From an uncultured archaeon (GTDB lineage Archaea; Asgardarchaeota; Thorarchaeia; Thorarchaeales; Thorarchaeaceae), in NCBI GenBank assembly GCA_964631415.1, contig CAZVZC010000045.1:1-15187 (forward strand): a stretch of 15,187 bases of DNA. The letters are read 5' to 3'. The translations under genes were made by a program, and so were the position numbers. Below, piece by piece: positions 1 to 7,464 of this stretch; the stretch's first letter is position 1; each line of letters begins with the position of its first letter. The notes under the pieces were generated by a model. That model was not told the DNA's origin. It saw nothing but the letters and a program-made list of their open reading frames with translations, and searched no databases.

Positions 1-136
1 CCGACCGGATTCGAAACAGGACCCCATATCTTCAATCGCTATTTGCACCCAAGTGCCTTGATTGTTTCGCTCTAAGTCACTGCATTCATCGACTTGGGTG
101 TGCCTCTAAACGTCTTTGTTGCACTTCATGCTCCGC

Positions 137-144
137 TATAATAA
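137..144 (+). promoter_or_regulatory. Possible TATA-like promoter element for the thpR fragment
   Basis: TATAATAA about 45 nt upstream of the TTG at 188, with SD-like GAGGTG at 176-181. Motif only. Confidence 0.3.
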
Positions 145-187
145 TAACGAGAGCATACATTAGTTTCCAGAGACCGAGGTGTGAAAA

Positions 188-349
188 TTGTCTGAGAGAA
201 TCAGAGTCTTCCTTAGCATTGACATAGAGGATGAGCCGCTCCTGTTTCGGATTTCATACATACACAGCATGCTGGACCAAGAAGCAGCAAAACTCAAGCT
301 TGTAGAGAAGGACAGTATTCACTTCACGCTTCGTTTCTTTGGTGCCTAG
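188..349 (+). pseudogene. thpR: Truncated N-terminal fragment of RNA 2',3'-cyclic phosphodiesterase (2'-5' RNA ligase, 2H phosphoesterase)
   Basis: Manual translation (53 aa, below the ORF-track cutoff): MSERIRVFLSIDIEDEPLLFRISYIHSMLDQEAAKLKLVEKDSIHFTLRFFGA*. It matches the ThpR/LigT N-terminus (R.F.xID...LKLVE..xIHxTLxFxG) with the first HxT motif. SD GAGGTG at 176-181. I found no second HxT half in the window. Confidence 0.8.
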
Positions 350-368
350 TGCACAACTTCTTAACTCG
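350..368 (+). repeat. Imperfect direct repeat, copy 1 (tgcacaacttcttaactcg)
   Basis: Matches 1519-1535 (tgcacaactctaactcg) apart from two extra T. Begins immediately after the thpR-fragment stop codon. Confidence 0.45.
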
Positions 369-532
369 AGATTTTCTCAAGCCCTTGTGAGAGAGTCCTA
401 TTAGGCACAAACCAGTAACTGAACGGAGCATTGCCCATATATCGAATGACTATTCCAAAGGATGACTAGTATATGAGTGAGCGCCGTCGTGGCAGGAAGA
501 AGCCTGACCAAGAAAGTAAGAGACGATGTAAG

Positions 533-1531
533 ATGACTCCTGCTAAACAAATGAAACGAATCAAGGCATTGGCGCTTCTCTCTGGCGGGCTTGATAGCAG
601 CCTTTCTGTAAGGCTGATTCTGGACCAGGGCATCGACGTCGTGGCCATGAATTTCGTGAGTCCATTTTGCCTGTGCAGAAAAGGTGGTTGTGGAGCTTCT
701 AATATTGCAGAGCAGTTGGGAATACCGCTTAAGATAATGAGTGTTGGCGAGGAATACTTGAGAGTTGTGAGAAGACCAAAGCATGGCTATGGAAGAAACA
801 TGAATCCCTGTATCGACTGCCGAATACTCATGCTTAAGCATGCCAAGAAATATGCAAGAGAAATAGGTGCTTCATTTATCTTTACGGGTGAAGTTCTGGA
901 TCAGAGACCCATGTCTCAGCATCGTAAAGCCCTCCGGTTGATAGAAAAGGAGGCTGGTTTGGAGGGGAAGATATTGAGACCACTATCTGCGAAACTCTTG
1001 CCTGAAACCTCGGTTGAAAAAAGGGAGCTGGTCAGAAGGGAAGGATTGTTGGACATCAGCGGAAGGTCCAGAAAAAGACAAATAGGACTTGTCAAACAGT
1101 TCAACATCACCGATTATTCTTGTCCTTCAGGCGGTTGCCTGCTTACATACAGAGAATTCGCAGCCAAAGTGAAAGACCTTTTCGATCACAAGAAAAAAGT
1201 CACCCTGAGAGATATATCTCTCCTCAAAGTGGGTAGGCATTTCAGATTCGGGGAGAACAAGATAATCGTGGGAAGGAACGAAACAGAGAACGGAGCCTTG
1301 CTTCGAATGAAATCTGCGGCTGATTTTCGGTTTGAGGTACTTGGTTGCGGTAGCCCCGTTGCAATTCTTCAAGGGCGAAAATCGAGGAATGCCATCGAAA
1401 AAGCTGCCTCATTAACTGCACACTATTCAGACAGAAAGAGCAACAAGGTAGCTGTAAATTTCGGCAAGGATGATTTGAGTAGATCTGTTACCGTGTCTCT
1501 TCCCTCAGAAGCAGAAAATGCACAACTCTAA
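533..1531 (+). CDS. PP-loop tRNA thiouridylase-like protein (MnmA/ThiI-related) with C-terminal NFACT-R/DUF814-like domain
   Basis: SGGLDS PP-loop, NPCIDC (CxxC), TGEVLDQRPMSQ, GGCLLT, and C-terminal GRHFR...IVGRNE.EN. Start uncertain: ATG at 473, 533 or 551. Confidence 0.85.
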   Translation: MTPAKQMKRIKALALLSGGLDSSLSVRLILDQGIDVVAMNFVSPFCLCRKGGCGASNIAEQLGIPLKIMSVGEEYLRVVRRPKHGYGRNMNPCIDCRILMLKHAKKYAREIGASFIFTGEVLDQRPMSQHRKALRLIEKEAGLEGKILRPLSAKLLPETSVEKRELVRREGLLDISGRSRKRQIGLVKQFNITDYSCPSGGCLLTYREFAAKVKDLFDHKKKVTLRDISLLKVGRHFRFGENKIIVGRNETENGALLRMKSAADFRFEVLGCGSPVAILQGRKSRNAIEKAASLTAHYSDRKSNKVAVNFGKDDLSRSVTVSLPSEAENAQL

Positions 1532-1535
1532 CTCG
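1519..1535 (+). repeat. Imperfect direct repeat, copy 2 (tgcacaactctaactcg)
   Basis: See 350-368. This copy overlaps the last codons and supplies the TAA stop of the thiouridylase-like gene. Confidence 0.45.
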
Positions 1536-1700
1536 TTTTTTGAAGGGTTTTCAAGAGATAAATGCAAAAACACCTGTTGCAGATGAGGAATCTGGAGGAG
1601 TAGGCCGTTCGTCACCAGTCAGTAGCGCAGCAGTGTCGCTCCGTAATATCGTGAACATCCATGCGAACAACTAAGAGCCACCAATAGAGTAGGTTTCACC

Positions 1701-2363
1701 ATGGCTGAATTCGAAGAGGACTTTGTGCTCTCGATAGCGAGAGACGCCTATGCACATGGCGATGCGGCATTCGAGGTCGAACCAGACAGCTGCGTCCTGC
1801 TGGTCATAGATATGCAGGACGAGTTCGTCAGGCCACATTGGAGTCCCTTCTGGGTCCCGGAGGCAACGCGTATCGTTGGCAAGGTACAGAAACTGATACG
1901 AAGGTGCAGGCAGATGAACATACCGGTCATTTATACGGTGATGTCGAAGACCCATCACCGTTTCGACAGGCCCATGAGCGGCGCATTCATGCCCAACAGG
2001 TACGCTCAACTCAAGGTCGATATGTCACACTATTTCGTTGAGGGGAGAGTCTGGCACGAGCTTTCTCCTGAGGACACCGATGTTGTGATACACAAGCCTT
2101 CGTATGGTGCATTCTACGACACGCCTCTTGAGTCGATTCTGAAGAATCTGCGAAGAAACACCGTGATAATCTGCGGGACTCTCACCAACTACTGCTGCGG
2201 CACGACAGCTAGGCAAGCATACGAGAGAGGTCTCAGAGTTGTCTTTGGCAGCGATATCACTGCGACAGATGACCCTGACATGCAGGAGCCAGAGTTGAGG
2301 ACACTCAGGAAGGGTTTCGCGAAGGTGATGACACTGGACGCGATCATGGCGGTGCTCTCTTAG
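1701..2363 (+). CDS. Cysteine hydrolase, isochorismatase/nicotinamidase family
   Basis: Catalytic triad motifs LLVIDMQ (Asp), HKPSYGAFYDT (Lys) and GTLTNYCCGTTARQAY (Cys). Confidence 0.92.
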   Translation: MAEFEEDFVLSIARDAYAHGDAAFEVEPDSCVLLVIDMQDEFVRPHWSPFWVPEATRIVGKVQKLIRRCRQMNIPVIYTVMSKTHHRFDRPMSGAFMPNRYAQLKVDMSHYFVEGRVWHELSPEDTDVVIHKPSYGAFYDTPLESILKNLRRNTVIICGTLTNYCCGTTARQAYERGLRVVFGSDITATDDPDMQEPELRTLRKGFAKVMTLDAIMAVLS

Positions 2364-2580
2364 CATCAGCCGCTCCGGCCATTTGGCATTCCAGTGCAAA
2401 TGCCTCTGCTAGATTAACCACATGCTTAGGAGAAACGATGTACACTCTGCCCTTCGTAGTACTAGTCCCCTTGCCACTTCGATAGTACGGCCGCCAAGAC
2501 CAGCACTTGGCCAACCCCACTTGTCACTGGAAACGGATATAGGCCACTGTCTGACTGGATTTCAGCCGGGTGACGATGAT

Positions 2581-3048
2581 ATGAGTGCAGGTTCTCCTCT
2601 TGACGAATGGCGGCTTGTCATCGGTACTTGGAAGAGCAAGGCAGAGTAAGGTCAGTTTGATGAGAAAGGCACGATCGAAGGTTTCGCGACCTTTTCGTAT
2701 GAGCTTGGCGCAATGTTCATCATGGGAACGGGTGAAAACCGGTCCGAAGGTCAGTTGCTCAACAAGAGCGTCAGCGTGCTCTTCTATGACGGTCTCACAA
2801 GGAAGTTCAGACGCAAGACATTCTTCTCCTACGGGTTCGTCAACAATGAAGTAGAATACGCAAGAACCAAGAACGAGATTCGATTCGACATTGTGATGGA
2901 GCCACTACCGAAGCAGTTCGAAGGCACCAAGTGGCGTTCTTACATAAGAAGAATATCGGACACCAAAATAGCCATGGGCTTGGAAACCTCAAGAAACGGA
3001 AAGGAGTTCAGACCCTATGGCGAATCGATGCTTGAGAAACAGGAGTAG
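2581..3048 (+). pseudogene. Beta-barrel protein, DUF1579/lipocalin-like, interrupted by in-frame TAA at 2647-2649
   Basis: SD GGGTGA (2568-2573) and ATG 2581 give MSAGSPLDEWRLVIGTWKSKAE*GQFDEKGTIEGFATFSYELGAMFIMGTGENR..., continuing in frame into ORF 2713-3048. The L.GxW motif and YD...K.RRKTF.SYG pattern suggest a DUF1579-like barrel (family call tentative). Confidence 0.65.
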
Positions 3049-3147
3049 GAAGTACTAACGGATCTATCTGCCACCACGCACCCCGTAGTAGCAGAAGCTG
3101 ATTCACATTGCAACGTTGCCATATGTCCTGGGAATCGAAATGTTAAT

Positions 3148-5388
3148 GTGAATAAGACCAAACAACCTTCAGACAGGTTGGTTGCGTTGGTTGGTCGCAT
3201 CGGGATGTCCTATGGGGAGTGGGTTCCCCTTCTTGTAGCTTTCATCATTCTGGGTTCTCTGCCTCTTTGCTTGGGGACTCCAAGTGCGGCGTGCAGTGGT
3301 CCGATTGTCTTGCCGAATGAAGGAGTCCTCTCGCCAAGAGCCGAGTCGGTGGGGAACACTGAACTTGCGGCGGTATCGTCACCTGTGTTGACAGGTGATC
3401 CTTGGTGGAACAAGACCTACACTTCTGGCGACAGCAGCTATGGTCGAGTCGTGATTCCGCTGGACGATGGAGGGTATGCACTGTTTGGAGATATTTACAC
3501 CGACGAGAACAGTCACGAGTTCGGAATGGTCCGTGTCAATGCCACTGGACAGGCTATCGTCAATGTGCAGTATGGCGGCTCCGACCCAGATTACCTGCAT
3601 GATGCCATTGAGGTGAGCGCCGGCGGTTTCATAATGGTTGGTGACACATTCAGTTATGGGGCGGGCATGTACGACATCTGGGTTATTCGAGTCGATGAGA
3701 ATGGCAATCACATGTGGAACAGGACCTTCGGCTCGGCAGTGTATGAATGGGGACGTGCGGTTGTGGAATCTAGTACGGGAGGATTCCTTGTTCTGGGTCA
3801 GACTGAGCCCTCCTTGGGGAGCTATGACGTGAAGCCCATGCTGATTCGTCTTGACGAAATGGGTGCCCCCGTCTGGTCAAAGACCTACAATACCGCCCTC
3901 GATTCCTATGTCTATGTCACTGACCTCGTTGAGTGTAATGACGGCGGATATGCCTTTGTTGGTCGGATACTATTCGACGGCTGGCTCTTTAGAGTTGACT
4001 CCTTGGGTAACCAACTTTGGAACTGCACATATGGGACCGCTGACGGTGACTGGCTGACAGCAATCATGAAGTTGAACGATAGTGGATTCGTTCTGGCCGG
4101 AATGACATATGGGGAAGGTAGTGGAAGCACTGACATATGGATGATCTGGACTGACGATGGCGGGAACCTCACTGACAATAAGGTGTACGGCGGACCAACA
4201 ATGGAGCAATGTGGGCACGCGATCCAGCTCAAGAATGGCGGTTTCGTCGTGACTGGGAGTTACAGATACCCCGGGTTGGGTGGGTATTACGGCATCCTAT
4301 TCATGCGAATTGACTCGAGTGGTGAACTACTCCTGAACCGACATTACGGGCAATCACCAGTCGACCCGTATCAGGATTGTGGAATTGCAGAAGTGGATCA
4401 CGGAGGGGTGGCCATATGCGCAGTTGGGTACAACTCGACACTGAAGATTCATCTCCGACTCCTGGTCATACCGGAAGTCATGTGGCTCGAAGAACCAAGC
4501 GACATTGCTGTCGACATATCCAGCTCACTGAACTACAGTATGTCTGCTGATTCAGCCGCAGGGATAAGCGAGTGGATACTGAACGACTCTTCTCGATTCT
4601 CCATCAGTGGTGCAGGATTCATCACAAACTCAACACCACTTGGCGTCGGAATGTTCCCACTTGAAGTCACAGCCAAAGACAGTCTTGGAAACTCAATCAG
4701 TGCTGAGTTTTCAATAGAAGTCTATGATCATAGTCCACCTCTGTTGGCAGAAGAGCCTCCTGACCAGCTGCTGGAGCTGGGCGATGAATTCGTCTACGGC
4801 CTGAATGCCACGGATCCATCTGGACCATTGGAATGGTCTTGCAGCGACGAAGCAAGCTTCACCGTGGACAGTGGAGGGATTGTCCGCAGCATTGGCACTC
4901 TATCTGTTGGCCCACATTCGGCTACGGTTTCGGTTCAGGATGCGTACGGCAACACGGCTTCAATAACCATCGTCGTGATAGTCCAGGACACAACGGCACC
5001 GACATGGGTGATTGCACCGGCAAACCAGTTTGTGCTCTTGGGAGAACCTGTTGAATACCAACTTGCTGCGACAGACCTCTCGGGTGTCATGAGTTGGAGA
5101 GTCGATGATGTGGCCAATTTCACAATCAGTGAAACGGGCCTACTGACAAGCGTAGGGGTCCTGGATGCGGGCAGCTATCCTCTTCAAGTCACTGTGGAAG
5201 ACTCCTACGGCAACGAAGCAGTTTCCTCTTTCACGGTGTATGTGTTGGGACCCTCGGGCTCTACGACGACGCTAGCACCAGTTGACTGGGGTACGTTACT
5301 GACCGTGGGCGGCGTTGGGTTTGGCGCAGGCGCCATCATCATATCGGTGGTCTATCTCGGTCCGAGGTCGCGGCGAAAGGACGAATGA
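3148..5388 (+). CDS. Secreted, C-terminally membrane-anchored surface protein: about 7-blade beta-propeller plus 3 Ig/cadherin-like repeats
   Basis: N-terminal hydrophobic signal (VPLLVAFIILGSLPL); about 50-aa repeats W.xTYG...D...DGG(Y/F)...G.T; three repeats of about 88 aa ending D.(Y/L)GN; S/T linker, TM helix and basic tail (VVYLGPRSRRKDE). Start may be 3187 (TTG) or 3205 (ATG). Confidence 0.85.
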   Translation: MNKTKQPSDRLVALVGRIGMSYGEWVPLLVAFIILGSLPLCLGTPSAACSGPIVLPNEGVLSPRAESVGNTELAAVSSPVLTGDPWWNKTYTSGDSSYGRVVIPLDDGGYALFGDIYTDENSHEFGMVRVNATGQAIVNVQYGGSDPDYLHDAIEVSAGGFIMVGDTFSYGAGMYDIWVIRVDENGNHMWNRTFGSAVYEWGRAVVESSTGGFLVLGQTEPSLGSYDVKPMLIRLDEMGAPVWSKTYNTALDSYVYVTDLVECNDGGYAFVGRILFDGWLFRVDSLGNQLWNCTYGTADGDWLTAIMKLNDSGFVLAGMTYGEGSGSTDIWMIWTDDGGNLTDNKVYGGPTMEQCGHAIQLKNGGFVVTGSYRYPGLGGYYGILFMRIDSSGELLLNRHYGQSPVDPYQDCGIAEVDHGGVAICAVGYNSTLKIHLRLLVIPEVMWLEEPSDIAVDISSSLNYSMSADSAAGISEWILNDSSRFSISGAGFITNSTPLGVGMFPLEVTAKDSLGNSISAEFSIEVYDHSPPLLAEEPPDQLLELGDEFVYGLNATDPSGPLEWSCSDEASFTVDSGGIVRSIGTLSVGPHSATVSVQDAYGNTASITIVVIVQDTTAPTWVIAPANQFVLLGEPVEYQLAATDLSGVMSWRVDDVANFTISETGLLTSVGVLDAGSYPLQVTVEDSYGNEAVSSFTVYVLGPSGSTTTLAPVDWGTLLTVGGVGFGAGAIIISVVYLGPRSRRKDE

Positions 5389-5517
5389 AACGAGCCCCCG
5401 TTCAGTCCACATCGGGGCGATAGCTTATTCTGTCTGCAGTGCCGTTCCCGGAACCTCGAGCTGAACCGGCGAACCGAGAAGAAATCTCTCGGTCCCGAGA
5501 AACGGAGTAAGAGATCA

Positions 5518-5886
5518 TTGCCAAGAGTAGTGCACTTCGAATTCGTTGCAGACAACCCTGAGAGAGCAAAGAAGTTCTACCAGGGTGTGTTTGGCTGGAA
5601 GATTGAGAAATGGAAAGGCCCCATGGAGTACTGGCTCGTGACAACAGGTGACAAGGCCAAACCAGGGATAGATGGTGGTTTCGGCAAGAGGACGAGCCCA
5701 CAGGACACGGTCATCAACACGATAGACGTGCCTGACGTAGACAAGTACGTCAAACTGGTGGAGAAGAACGGAGGTAGCATCGTGCAGCCCAAGCACGCTA
5801 TTCCGGGCGTGGGCTGGCTGGTCTACTTCAAGGACCCCGAGGGCAATATGTGGGGCATGATGCAGGATGACCCCTCTGCCAAGTAG
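5518..5886 (+). CDS. VOC family protein (glyoxalase/bleomycin resistance)
   Basis: VVHFEF.AD.PERA.KFY..VFGW and IPGVGW..YFKDPEGN..G motifs; TTG start. Confidence 0.92.
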   Translation: MPRVVHFEFVADNPERAKKFYQGVFGWKIEKWKGPMEYWLVTTGDKAKPGIDGGFGKRTSPQDTVINTIDVPDVDKYVKLVEKNGGSIVQPKHAIPGVGWLVYFKDPEGNMWGMMQDDPSAK

Positions 5887-5926
5887 TTGCACTGAGGTCG
5901 ATAGTCCCAGACTGCAGTCAATATAG

Positions 5927-6109
5927 TATGAGCTTGGAGTCCCGAATCTTCGACGTTGAGGGCAACGACCTCTGACACGTTGTCGCGTTCTCCGCGTACT
6001 ACAGCTATTGCCAGAGAGGATTAGACCCTTGAAGGCTCTGCCGGGATCATTGGGGGTGCTATCTCAGTTTCACTTGGCATTCGTCCTGTACCTAAGAACA
6101 GCCAAGTGA
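5927..6109 (+). pseudogene. Degraded 3' end of a surface-protein gene (Ig-like repeat end plus TM anchor)
   Basis: Across frameshifts and stops it reads YELGV/RIFDVEGNDL* ... LEGSAGIIGGAISVS/LAFVLYLRTAK* (TGA 6107-6109). This resembles YPLQVTVEDSYGN plus the TM/basic tail of 3148-5388. Confidence 0.4.
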
Positions 6110-6261
6110 TGCAACAGGGTGTTTTCTCGAAGTTCGTCTGCCATGGAGGCACTGCGGGCAGTCCAGCGAGCGGGAGCCACTCGAACGATGAGCATTTATG
6201 GGTATGGCCTTATTATTCGATGAAGTGACCTGTCAACTCGGGCATGAGGTATGGCCAGACA

Positions 6262-6486
6262 ATGAGAATCGATTACGACCCCGTTGCAGATGCGGTCTAC
6301 TTTCACTTCAGGAGCTCTGCAGTTTCTGAAAGCATAGAGTTGCGAGAAGGAGTGATAGTCGACTACGATACCGAAGGTAGCGTTTGCGGAATCGAAATCC
6401 TGTCTTACTCAAAACGCGGCATCGATCTGAATCGTCTGATAACACTCCGGGAAGAGGAGATTGTGGCTGAGGTCGCTGCCGTTTGA
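6262..6486 (+). CDS. DUF2283 domain protein (putative antitoxin)
   Basis: MRIDYDPVADAVYFHF...ESIEL..GVIVDYD.EG.V.GIEIL pattern; SD GAGGT at 6246-6250. The ORF is open from 6244. Confidence 0.88.
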   Translation: MRIDYDPVADAVYFHFRSSAVSESIELREGVIVDYDTEGSVCGIEILSYSKRGIDLNRLITLREEEIVAEVAAV

Positions 6487-6722
6487 TCGTTTTCACAAGA
6501 CATGCCCTGGAGCGGATGAAACAGAGAGGAATCACTCAGAAGGAAGTAGAAGAAGCGTTGCTGGATACCTCCGCCAGTGAGCCTGCGAACGATAGTGAAA
6601 CAATCGTTGCACAAAGCCTACTTTGCGGGCGTATTCTGCGCGTTCACTTCAGGATTGTCGATGGCGACCGGCTGGTCGTGACTGCCTATTGGACATCGAA
6701 GGTCAGGAAATACAAGAGATAG
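6483..6722 (+). CDS. DUF4258 domain protein (putative RelE/BrnT-like toxin)
   Basis: FTRHALERMKQRGI...EVEEAL...LRV...VVTAY pattern; TTGA start/stop overlap with the upstream gene. Confidence 0.85.
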   Translation: MIVFTRHALERMKQRGITQKEVEEALLDTSASEPANDSETIVAQSLLCGRILRVHFRIVDGDRLVVTAYWTSKVRKYKR

Positions 6723-6913
6723 AGCGCAGGTCATTGGTTACTCTGTGACTGCGTTCGAAACCTCAGGTTAATCCGCTTGCCCGGCCTTCGCACTTCGTCA
6801 ATCTTGGTTCAGATACAGTGATTGCTGGGTTCTCTCAGCCGGCAGGAGCATATGCAACAATCCAACTACTTCTGTCATCACAAGTTCCCATGGTCATGTT
6901 GGATTGACATGGG

Positions 6914-7201
6914 TCATGCGGTTGCCGGCTCCACTATGCTGACTTCAGGTGCCGAATGCATTGCGCTCTCTATTCTGTGAATTCTCCTGACAACCAGTAT
7001 CTCAGTCTGTCCCAGTGGCGCAACCTCCAGGTCTACTCGATCACCTACGTCAAAAGATTCACAGTCTGTGTAGGCATCAATCTTGACCTGCACTAGCCTT
7101 CCGTCATCCGCTTCCACCGTGACGAACCCGTACGTAATCTCCCCACTGCCGAAGTGGGCAAGCTGAGTGGACATCACAACTCCTGTCATTGTTCTGTTCA
7201 T
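6914..7201 (-). CDS. Hypothetical small beta-rich (OB-fold-like) protein
   Basis: 95 aa with alternating beta-strand pattern (YGFVTVE, LVQVKID, FDVGDRVDLEV, LVVRRI); SD-like AGGTGG and a TATA-like element upstream. Confidence 0.7.
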   Translation of the reverse strand: MNRTMTGVVMSTQLAHFGSGEITYGFVTVEADDGRLVQVKIDAYTDCESFDVGDRVDLEVAPLGQTEILVVRRIHRIESAMHSAPEVSIVEPATA

Positions 7202-7236
7202 CTGTTACCACCTGTAATGCACTATAGTAAACCTAC

Positions 7237-7246
7237 GGTTATAACC
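7237..7246 (-). promoter_or_regulatory. Palindromic TATA-like element GGTTATAACC upstream of 6914-7201
   Basis: Perfect 10-bp palindrome containing TTATAA, about 36 nt upstream of the ATG at 7201. Confidence 0.4.
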
Positions 7247-7341
7247 CCTCTCATCGCGGATGTGGGAAGAATCCAGTTCGCAACCTCCTCAGAAGCCCCA
7301 CGCAGTAGTTTTTCACCAAACGTCTGCAGAGATCTCTGCAC

Positions 7342-7464
7342 CTACCTCCTCCTGAAGTAGATGACCACAAGGAGCACGACGCTGTCTGCAGCGCCGTCGC
7401 CACTGCGGTGAACAGTTCTCTGTAGCCGTGGTACATTCGTTCTGTTTTCCGTGCTCTTGATCAT
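7342..7464 (-). pseudogene. Orphan C-terminal membrane-anchor relic or 40-aa small ORF
   Basis: MIKSTENRTNVPRLQRTVHRSGDGAADSVVLLVVIYFRRR*. The ending VVLLVVIYFRRR* is a typical hydrophobic-plus-basic C-terminal anchor. Confidence 0.4.

Noticed and set aside
1-30. Minus-strand tgtttcgaatccggtcgg resembling a tRNA T-loop
   Set aside because: No T-stem pairing or cloverleaf can be built from the adjacent sequence.
1529-1582. Integron attC site (tctAAC ... GTTgca)
   Set aside because: The ends do not fit RYYYAAC/GTTRRRY well, no L-box pairing is evident, and other genes lack similar sites.
2422-2649. 75-aa ORF as an independent gene
   Set aside because: Only its last 22 codons look coding; they are the N-terminus of the interrupted gene starting at 2581.
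5394-5503. Short intergenic hairpins (gcccc/ggggc; accgaga/tctcggt)
   Set aside because: Short stems with no U-tract or repetition; not enough to call a terminator or ncRNA.
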